NCBI GenBank assembly: GCA_964016885.1
Contig: OZ024747.1
Span: 38,502,001-38,566,000 of the forward strand
DNA: 64,000 nt
Reading direction: 5' to 3'
DNA from: Eledone cirrhosa
Lineage: Eukaryota
Of this stretch, positions 29,571 to 43,427 are shown piece by piece; the stretch's first letter is position 1; each line of letters begins with the position of its first letter. Made by a program: the position numbers and the translations under genes. Below the pieces are notes generated by a model. It searched no databases, had not been told where the DNA came from, and saw only the letters and a list, made by a program, of their open reading frames with translations.

Positions 29571-31693
29571 TATCATTATTCACTTACGAATGCATTTACT
29601 TATCCGGCATGCTGGGGTGAAAACAAATTTATATAGATATAATATATCGAGAGAGAGAGATATAGAGGGGGAGGGGGAGGGAGAGAGAGAGGTGGCGGGA
29701 TTGAAATAAAGAAAGATGACTAAACAGACAGGAATGGAAAATGTTGAGATGAACAGTAGATGTGTAAAATTTCAAACATAACACTTCTAGGTACACTTTA
29801 ACAAATAATGAGATTTCATCGTCATTTCATGATTACCTTTAAAATGTTCTATTTCTTTTTAGAACGTATGTGAGGCGTTTGTGACTTTTATTTTTGTAAT
29901 GAATGTGCGTAATAGGAAGTGTAGCAGCGGTTTGCCAATTGAACATATTTAAAAATAAAATAGTCATAAATTGTATTTTATAATGAATATGGTGTGCCAA
30001 GAGGAAAACACATTCTTCATATATATAATTGGCAATACATGCCATGGTAAATCTGTCTGCAAGACAGAGAAAATTGTATTTCTGTCACAAATTATTAATC
30101 ATATTCACTATGATTTTTTTTAATAATAACTCTTAAATTATCGTTAACTTGCTGTGTATTATTATTGTTGGTTACAGCAGTGAGATGTCATAGCTGGTAT
30201 AGCACTTCAATAAATAATATACTGAATTCAATTTTACGCGGCACTAAGTGTTTAAATTTAATACTTCCTCCGTCAGTGGTCAATAAATTGACATGGTTCT
30301 TCAAAGGCTGCCTTTCTGAACAAAGTTACTCAATTCTTAATTATAGGTATTTATTTTGATCACCTACTAACTCACTGGTCCCAAATAATAGTGGCATTGA
30401 ATAAACGCGCGGGTTGGGGGCCTTGGATTAAGCGGGGAGGGTGGGGGGTCTTGGAATAAGCGGGAAGGTTGCAAAATCGGTAATTTTTCTGGTCATCATT
30501 GACATTTTCGTAATGTGTAAGGCAATAATTCACGTTTCAAATTTTAAGATTTTGCACCTTTTTATTGACCATCTATCACTTAATCCACCTAACTTAATGC
30601 CTTTGTAATTGCAACAATTGATAAATTCATTTCCTCGCAAACTGATTGATCAAGCAGTTCCTTTATATAAGGTCTAACTATTTTAAGCAAGAGGAAGTAT
30701 ATGAATATTTATAAATATTTATCTCTATATAAACATTACAGGATTTAAACGAATTTGCTAGAAATGTGTATGTAAACACCCATTGTGTATATTAGTGTCT
30801 AAACTATGCTGAGTTCTGAAACCACTCTGCAACAGTCGTCAGATGATAGCGGTAATAATACTGACGCACAGACACTCAGACACGGCTTTAAACATTGATG
30901 ACAGTTCTCAATAAGCATTTGCTTCCAAGACCGTTTCCAAGAAGCCGTTCTCGTTAACTTATGCTTTCACTACTCTGTCACTCGTCTCCTTTATTACTAG
31001 GCTTTCATATTAAATTCATCATTGTCTACTTACGTCATGTTTTATAAATAAAAAGGAAGATATTTAATCCCGCGTGATACGTGATCAAATCATCGTCGAT
31101 TTCTAAACCAATTAACTATAGCGGCGAGAGGGTCAATAAAATTATTTGAGTTTCAAGAAAATTGCCTCGATAGAGAATGTGGTGTTAAATAATTATTTCA
31201 GCAAGATTGTTTTCAATGTTCTGTGTTGATTTATTTACAACGCTCGTTCAATGTTAGAAGTAAATGATCCTTCAGAAGGCGCTAACACCAGTTAGTAAAG
31301 CTAACATGAAATTTGAGAATGAGGGTGATAATATTCTATATAATACAAGAATAATGATTACAGGCTCATATAATATCGAAATATAGCGGAAGCATAAACG
31401 AAAAAACGAATTCTTATCTCGCATCGAAAGATATTTTAACACATTTAATGGAATAAAACAAGAAAAAAAGATAAGACATTGTTGTCTTGGGAAAAAAAAT
31501 GATAAGCGACATTGTTATTTAGAAAAAAAAAAACATAAGCAACAAGAATAGATGTGGAGGAAGATAGATGTGAACAAATATGGAGATAATATTAGTTCTA
31601 TTTTCAATCAATTATTCTCCCTCACATTCACAGCCTTTCTTTATTGTGCTCTATTGTTTTTGCTCACTTCTCTCCCGCATAAACCCCCACTTT

Positions 31694-31823
<130 letters not shown>

Positions 31824-32299
31824 GTATACGAGTGCTTGTCTATTTACGCACATAAACCCACATACACTCATACATATGTATAATAAATACTAGTTGAATT
31901 TATACACTTAATGGATTATATAGCTAATATGCGATATACTTAAACCCGCAAACCCACATTCAGATACGCGTCTGTGTGTGCTTGTATCTGAGTGTGTGTA
32001 TATGTTTCCATTATATGTATAATGCAAAGAATAATGAACATTAATAGCAGTGCAAAAATAACGATTATTGAAAAGAAATACCAAATAATATTGAAATCGT
32101 TTGTTCTACAAGTATATAGAAACAATATTAAGAGTGAAATGCTTAAACAATTCACTTTTCAGACACAATTTATCGTGTTCTACCACGCTGTTATGGTCTA
32201 TATTGACATGCCTTAGCGTTATTAAACTTTCCGAAAACAATACATTCAGCGACTCGGGTCACTCTAAGAGACACATTTTTTCTGTTGTCTAACACTACA

Positions 32300-32950
32300 T
32301 TTCTAGCAAGGGAATGACCAGCTGTAAATAAAAGACACCGAACCATCTAGGAATAGTAGCAGACAGGCTAGCGCGCCAGCTAGACCAGCACCTCCTTGCA
32401 TTTTTTCGCGTGGCCTAGCACTCCACAGCGGTGCCTGGCTCCCTGCCTTACCCTTCTTCTCTACTGACACGCAGCTGGACAATGATAGCCGCCGCGTTCC
32501 ACGCCATGCTGCCCTCAACGTGGTCATGAGGCATGACTTGGATGCTGTAGGCTTCCCCTCAAGCTCGAGCCGGTGGTCCTGGACCGAGAGGACGGCAAAA
32601 GGCCAGACGGCATGACCATCTTCCCGTTCCACGGTGGTATACCCCTCGTTTGGGATGCCACTTGCAGCGACACATTCTCCAGCGGCCACCTGGTGCAGTC
32701 TACGACCAACCCAGGTTCTGCTGAACCTCGGGCTAAGGAGGGTAAACTCTTCGACAGGTTAGCAGTCGAGCCCCTAGCAGTGGCGACTTCTTGTTTCCTT
32801 TCCCCTAGGGCCACATCCCTACTCACCACCATAGTCACTGAGCTGACTAGCTGCAGGTGTGTACCTCGCGAGATGGTATAGCTCTTCCAGCGGGGAAAAA
32901 CCTCATCCTCCGGGGAAACGCCTTCGCCATTCTGTCCGCTAGGGCCGTGG
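32300..32950 (+). mobile_element. CRE-clade non-LTR retrotransposon 3' fragment (restriction-like endonuclease)
   Basis: RHAALN..., DGKRPDGMTIFPFHGGIPLVWDATCSDT, AVE, QRG motifs; GC-rich. Confidence 0.8.
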
Positions 32951-33996
32951 GACAGGCAGCACATGGGATTCCATTTTCTCATAATAGAAAGAGATGATGA
33001 GGGCGAGAGAGATAGAGGCGATGAGAGTGGGAGTTCGGCTCTTCTGTGTTCGGACCTGGTGTACAGCGTCAGTTGTCTGTAAGGAGGTACTGTTTCATCT
33101 ACTATTATCTAGGGCGATTTGAAGAAAGACAATGCTTTGTTACGGCGAGATAAGAAGTGGAACGCCATATGAAAAGAGATTTTGTTTTGCTTTTATTTTA
33201 AGAAAATACTATTTAATTTCTCCACATTTAAACAATTTCGTAGTCAAATCGACATCGCACTAGAACAAACTCGTAAAAAAAGGACGCACACATTGAAAAA
33301 TGTATTTTTGATTGAAATAAAAAAGAAATTATGTAAATAATCACAGCTTCAATTAGTGCAAGATTTAGTCTTTGGTGTGCTCAGGTTTTTTTTTTAAGGG
33401 GCTCTCAAAAACAAAAACAAAAAACATGAGAATGCAGCGCAAACCTCCGGATTCACATATCAAACTCGGCTTGGCGCAAGTAATTGGAATTGAAAAGTTA
33501 TACATACAAGTATGAAATTAAAAAACTATTACACCATCCTTATTTTACGTCCAATTTCTACACAGCCATGCGTTGTGCTGATTGTCACAGTCTCATGGTC
33601 GTACATTAGATATCTGCCAAGATTTCTATATCTTAGGGTTAAGTTTAGGGTTAGTGCCCATAATTGTATGTTGAAACAGATATCTATATAGTGCGTAAGC
33701 CTGACAGAAAAAGACACGGAAAAACTGATTTTTACTTTGGCTAAATTATCAGTCACTTAACTAAACCAATCCACGGTTAATTTAATAATGGAATGATAAA
33801 TTTTATTGTCGCAGCTCTTTTGTCATACAAGCACACATACATAATCACACACACACACACACATGCACCCCCCCCCCCCATATATATATATATGTATATA
33901 TAAATGAAGTAATTCCGTCGGAAAAGTCCAGGAAAAAAGAGTGCTCTATATAGGTAACAGAGCTTAGTTATGTAATAAACAACATAAGGCAAGTAT

Positions 33997-34054
33997 TCCA
34001 TTTACCAGTGGTTTCTTAAAAGCAAAAGATTTTGCTTTCAATCCTCAGAATGAA
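33997..34054 (-). ncRNA. Hammerhead ribozyme family 5
   Basis: ttcatt-CTGAGGA-ttgaaagcaaaa/ttttgcttttaa-GAA-accactggt-A-aatgga. Confidence 0.85.
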
Positions 34055-34199
34055 AAAATCCTGGACTGTTTATTGAATTTGGATTTTAAAAACAAAAATG
34101 CAATCTATATGAAAGTGAGGCTGGAGAAGGAAGAAGGAAAGGAAAAATAAAATAAAACTACACATGAAAACACACACACAAAAACACAAAAGCATACAT

Positions 34200-34246
<47 letters not shown>

Positions 34247-34492
34247 TATACAGACATATACATACACATATATATATACACATACATACACTCATACATA
34301 CACACACGCACACATATATATCCACATATATGTCTATATAATTACACACAAACACATATATACATACGCACATAAATATCAACACATCCATACATTCAAA
34401 TACATATATACAACCACACACACATATATACACACATACATACACATAGAAACATAAATATAAATACATATACATACAAACATATACATACT

Positions 34493-34528
<36 letters not shown>

Positions 34529-34939
34529 TATATATATATATATATGTGTACAAGCATACACATACACAAACAGCCATACACACATACATAAACATACATA
34601 CATACATGCACACAATCATACATATATACACACGTACATACATACACATACATAAATGCACACCTCTACATATTCACACACGCAAAAAATATAAGAAAAA
34701 ATATAAATATATATATATAAAAATGTTTTGACAGCGATACAGAACGCAGCTAACTGGACAGACACGCGTGGTAAGTAATACACACAAATGCACGTATACA
34801 TACGTACGAAATAGTAAATACATACACACACTCTGGCACATAAATATACATAAACAAATACATAAACACATACATGCACATACATGCACAAACACGCACA
34901 CGTATACAATTATACACACACATATGTATATGTAATTAT

Positions 34940-35018
<79 letters not shown>

Positions 35019-35161
35019 AATATAAACATACACACACACAGATATATGTATACATACACAGATACATATACATACATAGCTATACAGTTATACACATACA
35101 AATACGTACATATCATAAACACGCACTACCAAATACAAACACACATACACATACATACATA

Positions 35162-35210
<49 letters not shown>

Positions 35211-35332
35211 TACACATATACATGTGTGTGTGTGTGTGTAAAACTCAGTCTTAGGTAATTCATATGAACCTTACATATATATATATATATAGTAGTAAAG
35301 TAATAAAGTAATAAGCAACATAAGGCAATTAT

Positions 35333-35390
35333 TCCATTCACCAGTGGTTTCTTAAAAGCAAAAAAATTTTCCTTCAATCTTCAGAATGAA
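35333..35390 (-). ncRNA. Hammerhead family 5, diverged copy (GUG at cleavage site)
   Basis: CTGAAGA core, same stems; H17=G is normally non-cleavable. Confidence 0.6.
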
Positions 35391-35680
35391 AAAAACCTGG
35401 TCTATCTACATATACATACATATACACACACGAATATACATATATACATACATATACACACATATATACATACATATATATATATATACATACACACAAA
35501 TATACATACACATACACATAGGTATGTGAAGGGCAAGGCAAAAAGAATATATGGTGGGGGGGGACATAGGAAGGGGTGAAATATAAGGGGAGGTAAGAGA
35601 GAAAAAATAAATATACAAGAGTAAAGAACGTAGATTCAGCAAAAAAAAACGGTAGCAGAAGTAAAGAGCAGGAAAGGAGT

Positions 35681-37804
35681 TCAAGGCGGTTGATTTATCA
35701 TAGGAGTGTCAATCCAGTTACAGATCAGATGCGATTTCAGATGAGGACAGCATCTGAAGATCTCAGTCTTTGAGTTAAGGCAAGCGGAAGTGGCTCTCAA
35801 GTTTAGCAAAATCCTATACTTTTCTGTGGTACACAAAGAACAATTCTTTGTGCCCCTTTGGTACTCCCTCGAATGGTCTAATATAGACCAATCAATAGAG
35901 TACGGGATGTTACTATCCTTGATTTCCCACACCTTACTTGCGAGGGCCGTTGATGTTCGTTTATCGGCGTGCTTAAAAGATGCGACATGTGAGTAAAATC
36001 TGGTTTTAAACCTGTCCTGGGTCATACCGACATATCGCTCACTCCTGGCTGGCTGGTTGTTGATTACCGGTGTTATCTTAGCCTCATAAACAACAGATTT
36101 GCTGTTACATTTACCCTGCAATGGGCATTCATCCGGCTTCCTGCAACTGCATCCTGGATTTATTCTCGTATGGTTTGAACTGGTGATTTTGGACATCATA
36201 GATGGGCAACAAGAGTAGCTGATCTTAACTACTTTCCTATTAAATATCTTATAATATCTATGATTAGGAGGAAAATGTTTGTCTAATAGTTCAAGGAATT
36301 TCCTTCCTACATTAGTTTTGACAGTTAGAGAGAAGGGGTGTGTGAACCAAATATTCTTCCTTTTCCTGTTATTATGGTTAGTTTTAGGGGGGGGAGTAGG
36401 TAAATAAGAAATTTTTTCTGGAAAACCGCTGTTCTTAAGGGCTTTATTATAATAAGGGGCGGCTTTATTAAAAATGTCTATAGACGAAGATAAGGTAGAA
36501 ATCCTACGGCTAATGTTAGGAATAAGATTATTAAAAACTATAGGGGGATGGCAAGACTCTTTGCGTATACACCTAAGATCTTCATTAGGTGTATGATAGG
36601 GTTTAAAAGAGGCAGTAACTAGATCAAGATTAATATCAAGAAAGTTAGCATTAGTAAGGTTCGTATCTATCGTAATTTTAAGGTTAAGTTTAGCAAAATT
36701 ATTGATTAAATCTTTACGGAATTTATCAAGGTTATGGCCGTTGGTGGTATGAGAAACTGCTAATCCGTCATCACGGTATAAACCGATATTATGGGACGGA
36801 AATTTCTCTTTGAGGGTGTGGAGAAGGAATAATCCTACTAAGTCACACACATCCGCACTGTCATATGAACCCATTGCAACATCAAAGGAGTTTTCAGGGT
36901 TTGACTTTTTAACCCAAATATTATCATTAGTAAAAAGTAAAGTTTTTCTAGCATGAAAGATAATGTCTTCTAATTTAGAAATATTAATGAAGGGTCTTGC
37001 AAAATCTAAGGCATTAGTTAATAAGGAAACAGAAGGGTAAAAATCGACAATATCAAATTGGGTAAATCTACACTTATTTTTACCTTGTATATTATTGAAC
37101 CAAAAAATAACAGAGGAAGTATTTAGCCACTGTGATAGGTCAGTGTTAGTTCTAATTTGGAGAATTATTTTTCTTAAGATTTTCTTACTTGAAAGGCCAA
37201 CCTCGGATTTAGCCGGGTTAATCAGTCTACAACTAGGTCGATTAGTAAAGTCCAATTTATGGTTTTTAAGGGTAATATATGCTTTACGCTTAGCTAAGCT
37301 TTCAATCAGGTTATCTATTTGTAAAGAACTAGCTAGTTCTTTAGCTTCTTTATTGATAGTATTGTAGGTATTATTATTAGTTAATTGATATTTATCGGTA
37401 ATACTATTAGTTAAAAGTTGGTTATACAAAGTACTATTATCTTCAAAGAGATTTTTAGTTTTATCAGAAAGAACAAAAGTGTTTGTAGAATTTCTAAAAT
37501 TAGAAATATCGTTGGATAGTTTAGTTTGAAAGTTATTATTGTACTTACGAAATTTGATATCACTAATTAGATTAACGAGGTCTAATTCGAAGTTGGCCAT
37601 GTCTTTAATTCTAGGTGGGTATTTACGGGATTTGATGTCAAAACAATCTTTAGTATCAGCACTGAATAGTCCATCGTAAACCATTGCCTTCCATCTCATT
37701 CTTTTAACGACTTGTTCGATTTTATCTATGAGGATTTTGGTGTAAGTTGTGTTGGAAGGAGTGGGTATATTTTTGATTGAATAATCCAATTCATAAAGAT
37801 CCAT
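35681..37804 (-). CDS. Naiad-type Penelope-like RT + GIY-YIG endonuclease, 707 aa, uninterrupted
   Basis: YSIKNIP..KRMRWKA, SDKT, CRLINPAKSE, QFDIVDFYPS, MGSYDSADVCDLVG, GLYRDDGL, SYSC, CSC..CPL..C..VVY..YVG..FKTRF..H, C..C..EK. Confidence 0.95.
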   Translation of the reverse strand: MDLYELDYSIKNIPTPSNTTYTKILIDKIEQVVKRMRWKAMVYDGLFSADTKDCFDIKSRKYPPRIKDMANFELDLVNLISDIKFRKYNNNFQTKLSNDISNFRNSTNTFVLSDKTKNLFEDNSTLYNQLLTNSITDKYQLTNNNTYNTINKEAKELASSLQIDNLIESLAKRKAYITLKNHKLDFTNRPSCRLINPAKSEVGLSSKKILRKIILQIRTNTDLSQWLNTSSVIFWFNNIQGKNKCRFTQFDIVDFYPSVSLLTNALDFARPFINISKLEDIIFHARKTLLFTNDNIWVKKSNPENSFDVAMGSYDSADVCDLVGLFLLHTLKEKFPSHNIGLYRDDGLAVSHTTNGHNLDKFRKDLINNFAKLNLKITIDTNLTNANFLDINLDLVTASFKPYHTPNEDLRCIRKESCHPPIVFNNLIPNISRRISTLSSSIDIFNKAAPYYNKALKNSGFPEKISYLPTPPPKTNHNNRKRKNIWFTHPFSLTVKTNVGRKFLELLDKHFPPNHRYYKIFNRKVVKISYSCCPSMMSKITSSNHTRINPGCSCRKPDECPLQGKCNSKSVVYEAKITPVINNQPARSERYVGMTQDRFKTRFYSHVASFKHADKRTSTALASKVWEIKDSNIPYSIDWSILDHSREYQRGTKNCSLCTTEKYRILLNLRATSACLNSKTEIFRCCPHLKSHLICNWIDTPMINQPP

Positions 37805-37984
37805 GGTGTATGTTGGTTAAATTCCTGAAAACTGTAGAGTGCTCAAATAATCGGGCTGGAAAGTGCAAATCGTATATGGAATATAGAATATGCTTCAATC
37901 AATCCCGGTTGGAGCTGTATAAATGAAGTAATTCCGTCGAAAAAGTCCAGGAAAAAAGAGTGCTCTATGTAGGTAACAGAGCTT

Positions 37985-38052
37985 GTATGTGTGTGTGTAT
38001 GTGTATGCATGTGTATATATATGTATTTATATATATATGTATGTATATATGC

Positions 38053-38104
<52 letters not shown>

Positions 38105-38694
38105 GTGTGTGTTTGTATTTGGTTGTGCGTGTTTATGATATGTAGGTATTTGTATGTGTATAATTGTTTAGCTATGTATGGTTATGTGTGTGTATGTATA
38201 CATATATGTGTGTGTGTGTTTGTGTTTATGTATATATATATATATATATAATATATATATATATATGTGTGTGTGTGTGTATATAATTACATATACATAT
38301 GTGTGTGTGTATATTGTATACGTGTGCGTGTTTGTGCATGTATGTGTATGTATGTGTTTATGTATTTGTATATGTATATTTATGTGTGAGAGTGTGTGTA
38401 TGTGTTTACTATTTCGTACGTATGTATACGTGCATTTGTGTGTATTACTTATCACGCGTGTCTGTCCAGTTAGCTGCCTTATGTAACGGTGTCAAATATT
38501 TTTAATATATATATATTTTTTTTGTTCTTATATTTATTTGCGTGTGTGAATATGTAGAGGAGTGCATTTATGTATGTGTATGTATGTACGTGTGTATATA
38601 TGTATGATTGTGTGAATGTATGTATGTATATATGTGTTTGTGTATGGCTATGTTTGTATATGTGTATGCTTGTACACACATATATATATGTATA

Positions 38695-38727
<33 letters not shown>

Positions 38728-39180
38728 GTGTATATATGTGTGTGTGTGTGTATCTATGAGTGTATGTATGTGTATATGTGTATGTATGTGTATTTGTATA
38801 TATATGTATGTATATATATATGTGTATATGTATATTTGTATATATATATATATGTATATATATGTGTGTGTGTATGTATGCTTGTGTGTTTTTTGTGTGT
38901 GTGTTTGCATGTGTAGTTTTATTTTATTTTTCCTTTCCTTCTTCCTTCTCCAGCCTCACATTCATATAGATTGCATTTTTGTTTTTTTAAAATCCAGAAT
39001 CAATAAGCAAACCAGGATTTTTTCATTCTGAGGATTGAAAGCAAAACCTTTTGCTTTTAAGAAACCACTGGTAAATGGAATAATTGCCTTATGTTGTTTA
39101 TTACATAATAACAATAATTAAGCTCTGTTATCTACATAGAGGACTCTTTTTTCCTGGACTTTTCCGACGGAATTACTTCA

Positions 39181-39185
<5 letters not shown>
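37985..39185 (+). repeat. Inverted pLTR of family 5
   Basis: Reverse complement of ~33900-35220 including the microsatellite mosaic. Confidence 0.9.
39022..39079 (+). ncRNA. Hammerhead ribozyme family 5 (inverted pLTR)
   Basis: CTGAGGA 39028-39034, 12-bp stem II, GAAA 39061, GUA site. Confidence 0.85.
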
Positions 39186-39221
<36 letters not shown>

Positions 39222-39265
39222 CAGGAAAGAAGGTTGACATGGTTTGCTATACAAAAAAGGTTTAA

Positions 39266-39384
39266 TCACATAGCTTACATTTGTTTCACTGAGCTGGTAG
39301 GTCTAGAGATCGCTATTCGCTTATTTTCGCGTTACTCGATCGCCAATACAAAATTATAACCGGTCAGATCTTCGGAGCATGCGA
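39266..39384 (-). ncRNA. Hammerhead family 6: CCGAAGA core, ~81-nt stem II
   Basis: tcgcatgct-CCGAAGA-tctga..tcagt-GAA-acaaatgt-A-agctatgtga. Confidence 0.7.
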
Positions 39385-39775
39385 GAATGAAGAAAATACA
39401 CAGGCAAGAAAAGAATATACAGGCTACTATATGAAGTAGTAATGGCATTCAATTAGAACAATAGCAACAATTACAACAATGCTATTAATAAATTATTTAA
39501 GGAGACCCTAACATTACTTAGGTGGGGGGTATATAATGTATCTAACGTTACGGCGTGTAAAACTAGCTGTCATGAGGCAAAAGAAAGCGTTTGGCATGTA
39601 CAGAGTATCGAAGTGTATATCAATTTTAAATTTTAAAGATAAGTTAGTGTTTACAGTCTTTCTCCCCATCTTCAATAGTATACATGAGTGGGACAACACT
39701 GTCAAAGCTAAATAGTTGTTGAGTTAATACAGAGGTTAACGAAGTAATATACGCATATATTTACGCACACACACA

Positions 39776-39851
<76 letters not shown>

Positions 39852-40158
39852 TACACATGCATGTGTACATAGACACATATATACACTCGTACAAAAATAT
39901 ACATACATGCAAGAGATAAGCGTGCTAATTGTAATTATGGCAAAAAGAAGGTAAAGTTACATTGTAGTAGTGATATGAGAAAAACTAGGATTTAGGATCA
40001 AATGATGGCAGCAGCTGAGAAGGAATAAGTTTGTTGGTAGATGAGGTACTTACAGACAATTATGTGGTATAGACTTGTGAAGGATATAGTATACTTAATG
40101 AATATATTTCTGTGGGTAGTAAGTATCCTAATTTAAAGCTAAGTTATGTTGGTTCGAT

Positions 40159-42533
40159 TCACGGAGGTTTGAATCTTATGAATTTAGTGGCAATTCTATG
40201 TCTGCAGAAGATAGATCTTTCTAACTTATTGTTAAGTAGCCTTTTTACATTTTTAAGGATATACAATAGCTCAAGATCACATAGCCAGCAGTGGGACATC
40301 CCTGTACTATAGGTTTTAGCAGCCGACAACTTCGACCAGTTGATACTGTAGTCAGTGTTGCTGTCCTTCAATTCCCATATTTTTTTGGCGAGGGTTGTGG
40401 AACCCATAAGTGCACGGTTTTTCATTGAGTGTCTGTGCATATACCATCTTTTTTTAAAAGAACCCGCGGTGGATCCTATGTAATTCCAGGTAGAGTTACC
40501 CGAGATGACCATGCACATGTACACCAGGCTCGAATCGAGACATCTGTTCGCCAATGGGCACCTATCTGGGAGGTGACAGTTACAGTTTGAGGCGCTATTT
40601 TGTGCAGCTTTTACATTCCTGTTTAGTACTCTGTTATACGTGGGTTGTGATATACGCCCAATGGGGTTTTGCTGCTGCGCGTTTGTATGCGGTTGTGATG
40701 TTGTGATGTTGTGATGTGTTTGTGCTTATGTATAGGTGCAGTTGATTTACTAGAGATATTTCTGTGGTTGATCTTGCGTATGTGTGATTCTATGTTAGCT
40801 GCTGTTGAGAATGAGAGTTTTATAGTAGATCTATTGAGTATTTTGTGATATCTATGCGAGATAGGGAAGTGTTTATCTATTAGTTTAAAGAATTTAGAGG
40901 GCAGTCTAGTTTTTATAGAGGAGTTGAACCATAGGTATTTTCTTTGTCTGTTTCTTCTATTGTTTCTTGGGTTTACGTTATTAGTGTTTTGGCCGTTTAC
41001 TCCAGGTGTTACGTATCTAACCCTATGTCTAGTCAAGCTATTCCTATTATTATGTGAGCGGTTGGAGTAGTAATTACTAGGATTGTTTACGTTGTCCTTA
41101 TTCACTATATACTGCAGTTTATCTTTATGACCGGCCCTACGTAATGCTGCATTATAATAGTCAGCATGCTCGTTAAAGATTTCTAGGTTTGAGGATGAGC
41201 GGGATATTCGGAGGGATATACTACGTGCTATTGATCTAATTATGGATTTGGGGTGATTTGAGTTGTAACTAATGTAGGCAAGATTTTCATTATTTTTGTG
41301 GGAAGGTTATATTAATCCAGTATTTAGATTTAGAGTTACATTTAGAAAATTTACCTTCTTATGTTTTAGTTCGTAGGTAATACTTAGGCCTAGTTTTTTG
41401 AAGAATATTCTAATATTTTTTCTTAGTCTTTCCATGCTCTGGTTGTTTAGATTCCTAGCTATAAGTAACGTGTCGTCCCTATAAATTTCTCCTTGGAGGT
41501 TACTGAATTCCTCATGTAGGTTGTGTGCTATGAATAGCCCCACGATATCTGTGATTTGCGCAGAATCATTTCATCCCATTGTTATATCGAAGCTATTTAT
41601 TCTATCCTTTCTTACCCAGTAGCTATTTTCAAATTTTATGATAGTCCTTCTAGCCGCTATTATTATTTCAATTTCATCATGGGTAAGATCAGAGTTATTT
41701 TGGGCAAATATAAGCGCCTTATCTAGGGTAGCTGGGGATATGGATGCATAATAGTCGTCTATATCAAATTGTATGAAGTTACACGTCTCCCTATTTTGTA
41801 TTTTATTGAACCATTTAATTGCCTCGTTAGTGTTGCCCCATAAATTGATTTCTAGTTTACCCTTTATTTGTGCGATTACCCTATCTAGAATGTTCTTGCT
41901 AATTTTACCTATGTCTGACTTGGATGGGCATATTAATCTAATGGTGGGATTAGTTTCAAAGTTATTTTTGTGATCCTTCAGGTTAAATGTTGGGTTGCAC
42001 GGGGTTAGCGGTTCGGTCCTATCTGAAATTCCGAGTTTATTAACTATCTTGAGGCCCTCCATGTTAATGCTGGTGAGTGTAGATTCATTTGTTTTTTTAT
42101 AATTTTTATGTAGTTCACGCTGAATAAAGTTATTGTATGTGTTAATGTCCATAGAGTATACGTTTGATGTTTTGTCTGCTTTTACTATGATACCGTTAGT
42201 GTCTTTTAGTTTTTTAAGTAATGTATTTAAGTCATTTTGCAATTTGTTGTGATTTGTTCTTTTTTTAAATTTAGTTTCACTTATCATGTTCATAAGGTCC
42301 AGCTCGAAGGCATCGAGTGCGGGGTTGTTTGGCGGGTTTTTGCAGGATTTAAACCCGTAATTCTCCTTGGAAAATTCCTTTCCGTTGGTATTCAGTCCCT
42401 TATCGAAATGGTAAGCTTTCCATCGGACCCTGCGGATGAAATCATTAGTCCGTCGTATCATGCCCAGTGTATAGTCCTTTTTTGTAGGTACAGGTATGTT
42501 TTTCAGTGACATACCTATATGGTGCTTCTCCAT
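40159..42533 (-). pseudogene. Naiad RT + GIY-YIG ORF with TGA (41571), TAA (41307) and a frameshift near 40640
   Basis: ORF pieces 41571-42533, 41307-41543, 40623-41105, 40159-40554; SLKNIP, IYRDD, YIG. Confidence 0.92.
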
Positions 42534-42805
42534 GTTGATGCCGTGCGTTAATGGTGTTGCTCGACCAGGTGGGAGCTAAATATACGGGGTAACAAATAAT
42601 AGTTAAATGCAGTCCACCTAGGTAAAGTCCAGTTATGGTATTCCAGGTAGTGGATGATATTAACGCTTGGCTTGGTTTAACTCAACAAGGCGTTTTCATA
42701 GTGATGCTGCGGCTATGCCGTAATTCCTATGTTGTAGTAAATACTTGGAGTAATAATAAATCAGGAAAGAAGGTTGACATGGTTTGCTATACAAAAAAGG
42801 TTTAA

Positions 42806-42924
42806 TCACATAGCTTACATTTGTTTCACTGAGCTGGTAGGTCTAGAGATCGCTATTCGATTATTTTCGCGTTACTCGATCGCCAATACAAAATTATAAC
42901 CAGTCAGATCTTCGGAGCATGCGA
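42806..42924 (-). ncRNA. Hammerhead family 6, second copy
   Basis: Direct repeat of 39266-39384 (offset 3540). Confidence 0.7.
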
Positions 42925-43323
42925 GAATGAAGAAAATACACAGGCAAGAAAAGAATATACAGGCTACTATATGAAGTAGTAATGGCATTCAATTAGAACA
43001 ATAACAACAATTACAACAATGCTATTAATAAATTATTTAAGGAGACCCTAACATTACTTAGGTGGGGGGTATATAATGTATCTAACGTTACGGCGTGTAA
43101 AACTAGCTGTCATGAGGCAAAAGAAAGCGTTTGGCATGTACAGAGTATCGAAGTGTATATCAATTTTAAATTTTAAAGATAAGCTAGTGTTTACAGTCTT
43201 TCTCTTCATCTTCAATAGTATACATGAGTGGGACAACACTGTCAAAGGTAAATAGTTGTTGAGTTAATACAGAGGTTAACGAAGTAATATACGCATATAT
43301 TTACGCACACACATACACACACA

Positions 43324-43427
<104 letters not shown>

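Larger units (their letters stand above)
33895..37984 (-). mobile_element. Full-length Naiad-type PLE (family 5)
   Basis: 5' pLTR remnant 37921-37984 directly repeats 33902-33965; ORF 35681-37804; tail with two hammerheads. Confidence 0.9.

Noticed and set aside
33630-33656. TTAGGG-like repeats as telomeric sequence
   Set aside because: Only two or three imperfect units; common inside invertebrate repeats
41571-41573. In-frame TGA in Naiad RT (MG*NDSAQ) as selenocysteine
   Set aside because: The position is Ser in sister elements (TCA-to-TGA suffices), the same copy has a TAA and a frameshift, and no SECIS was seen
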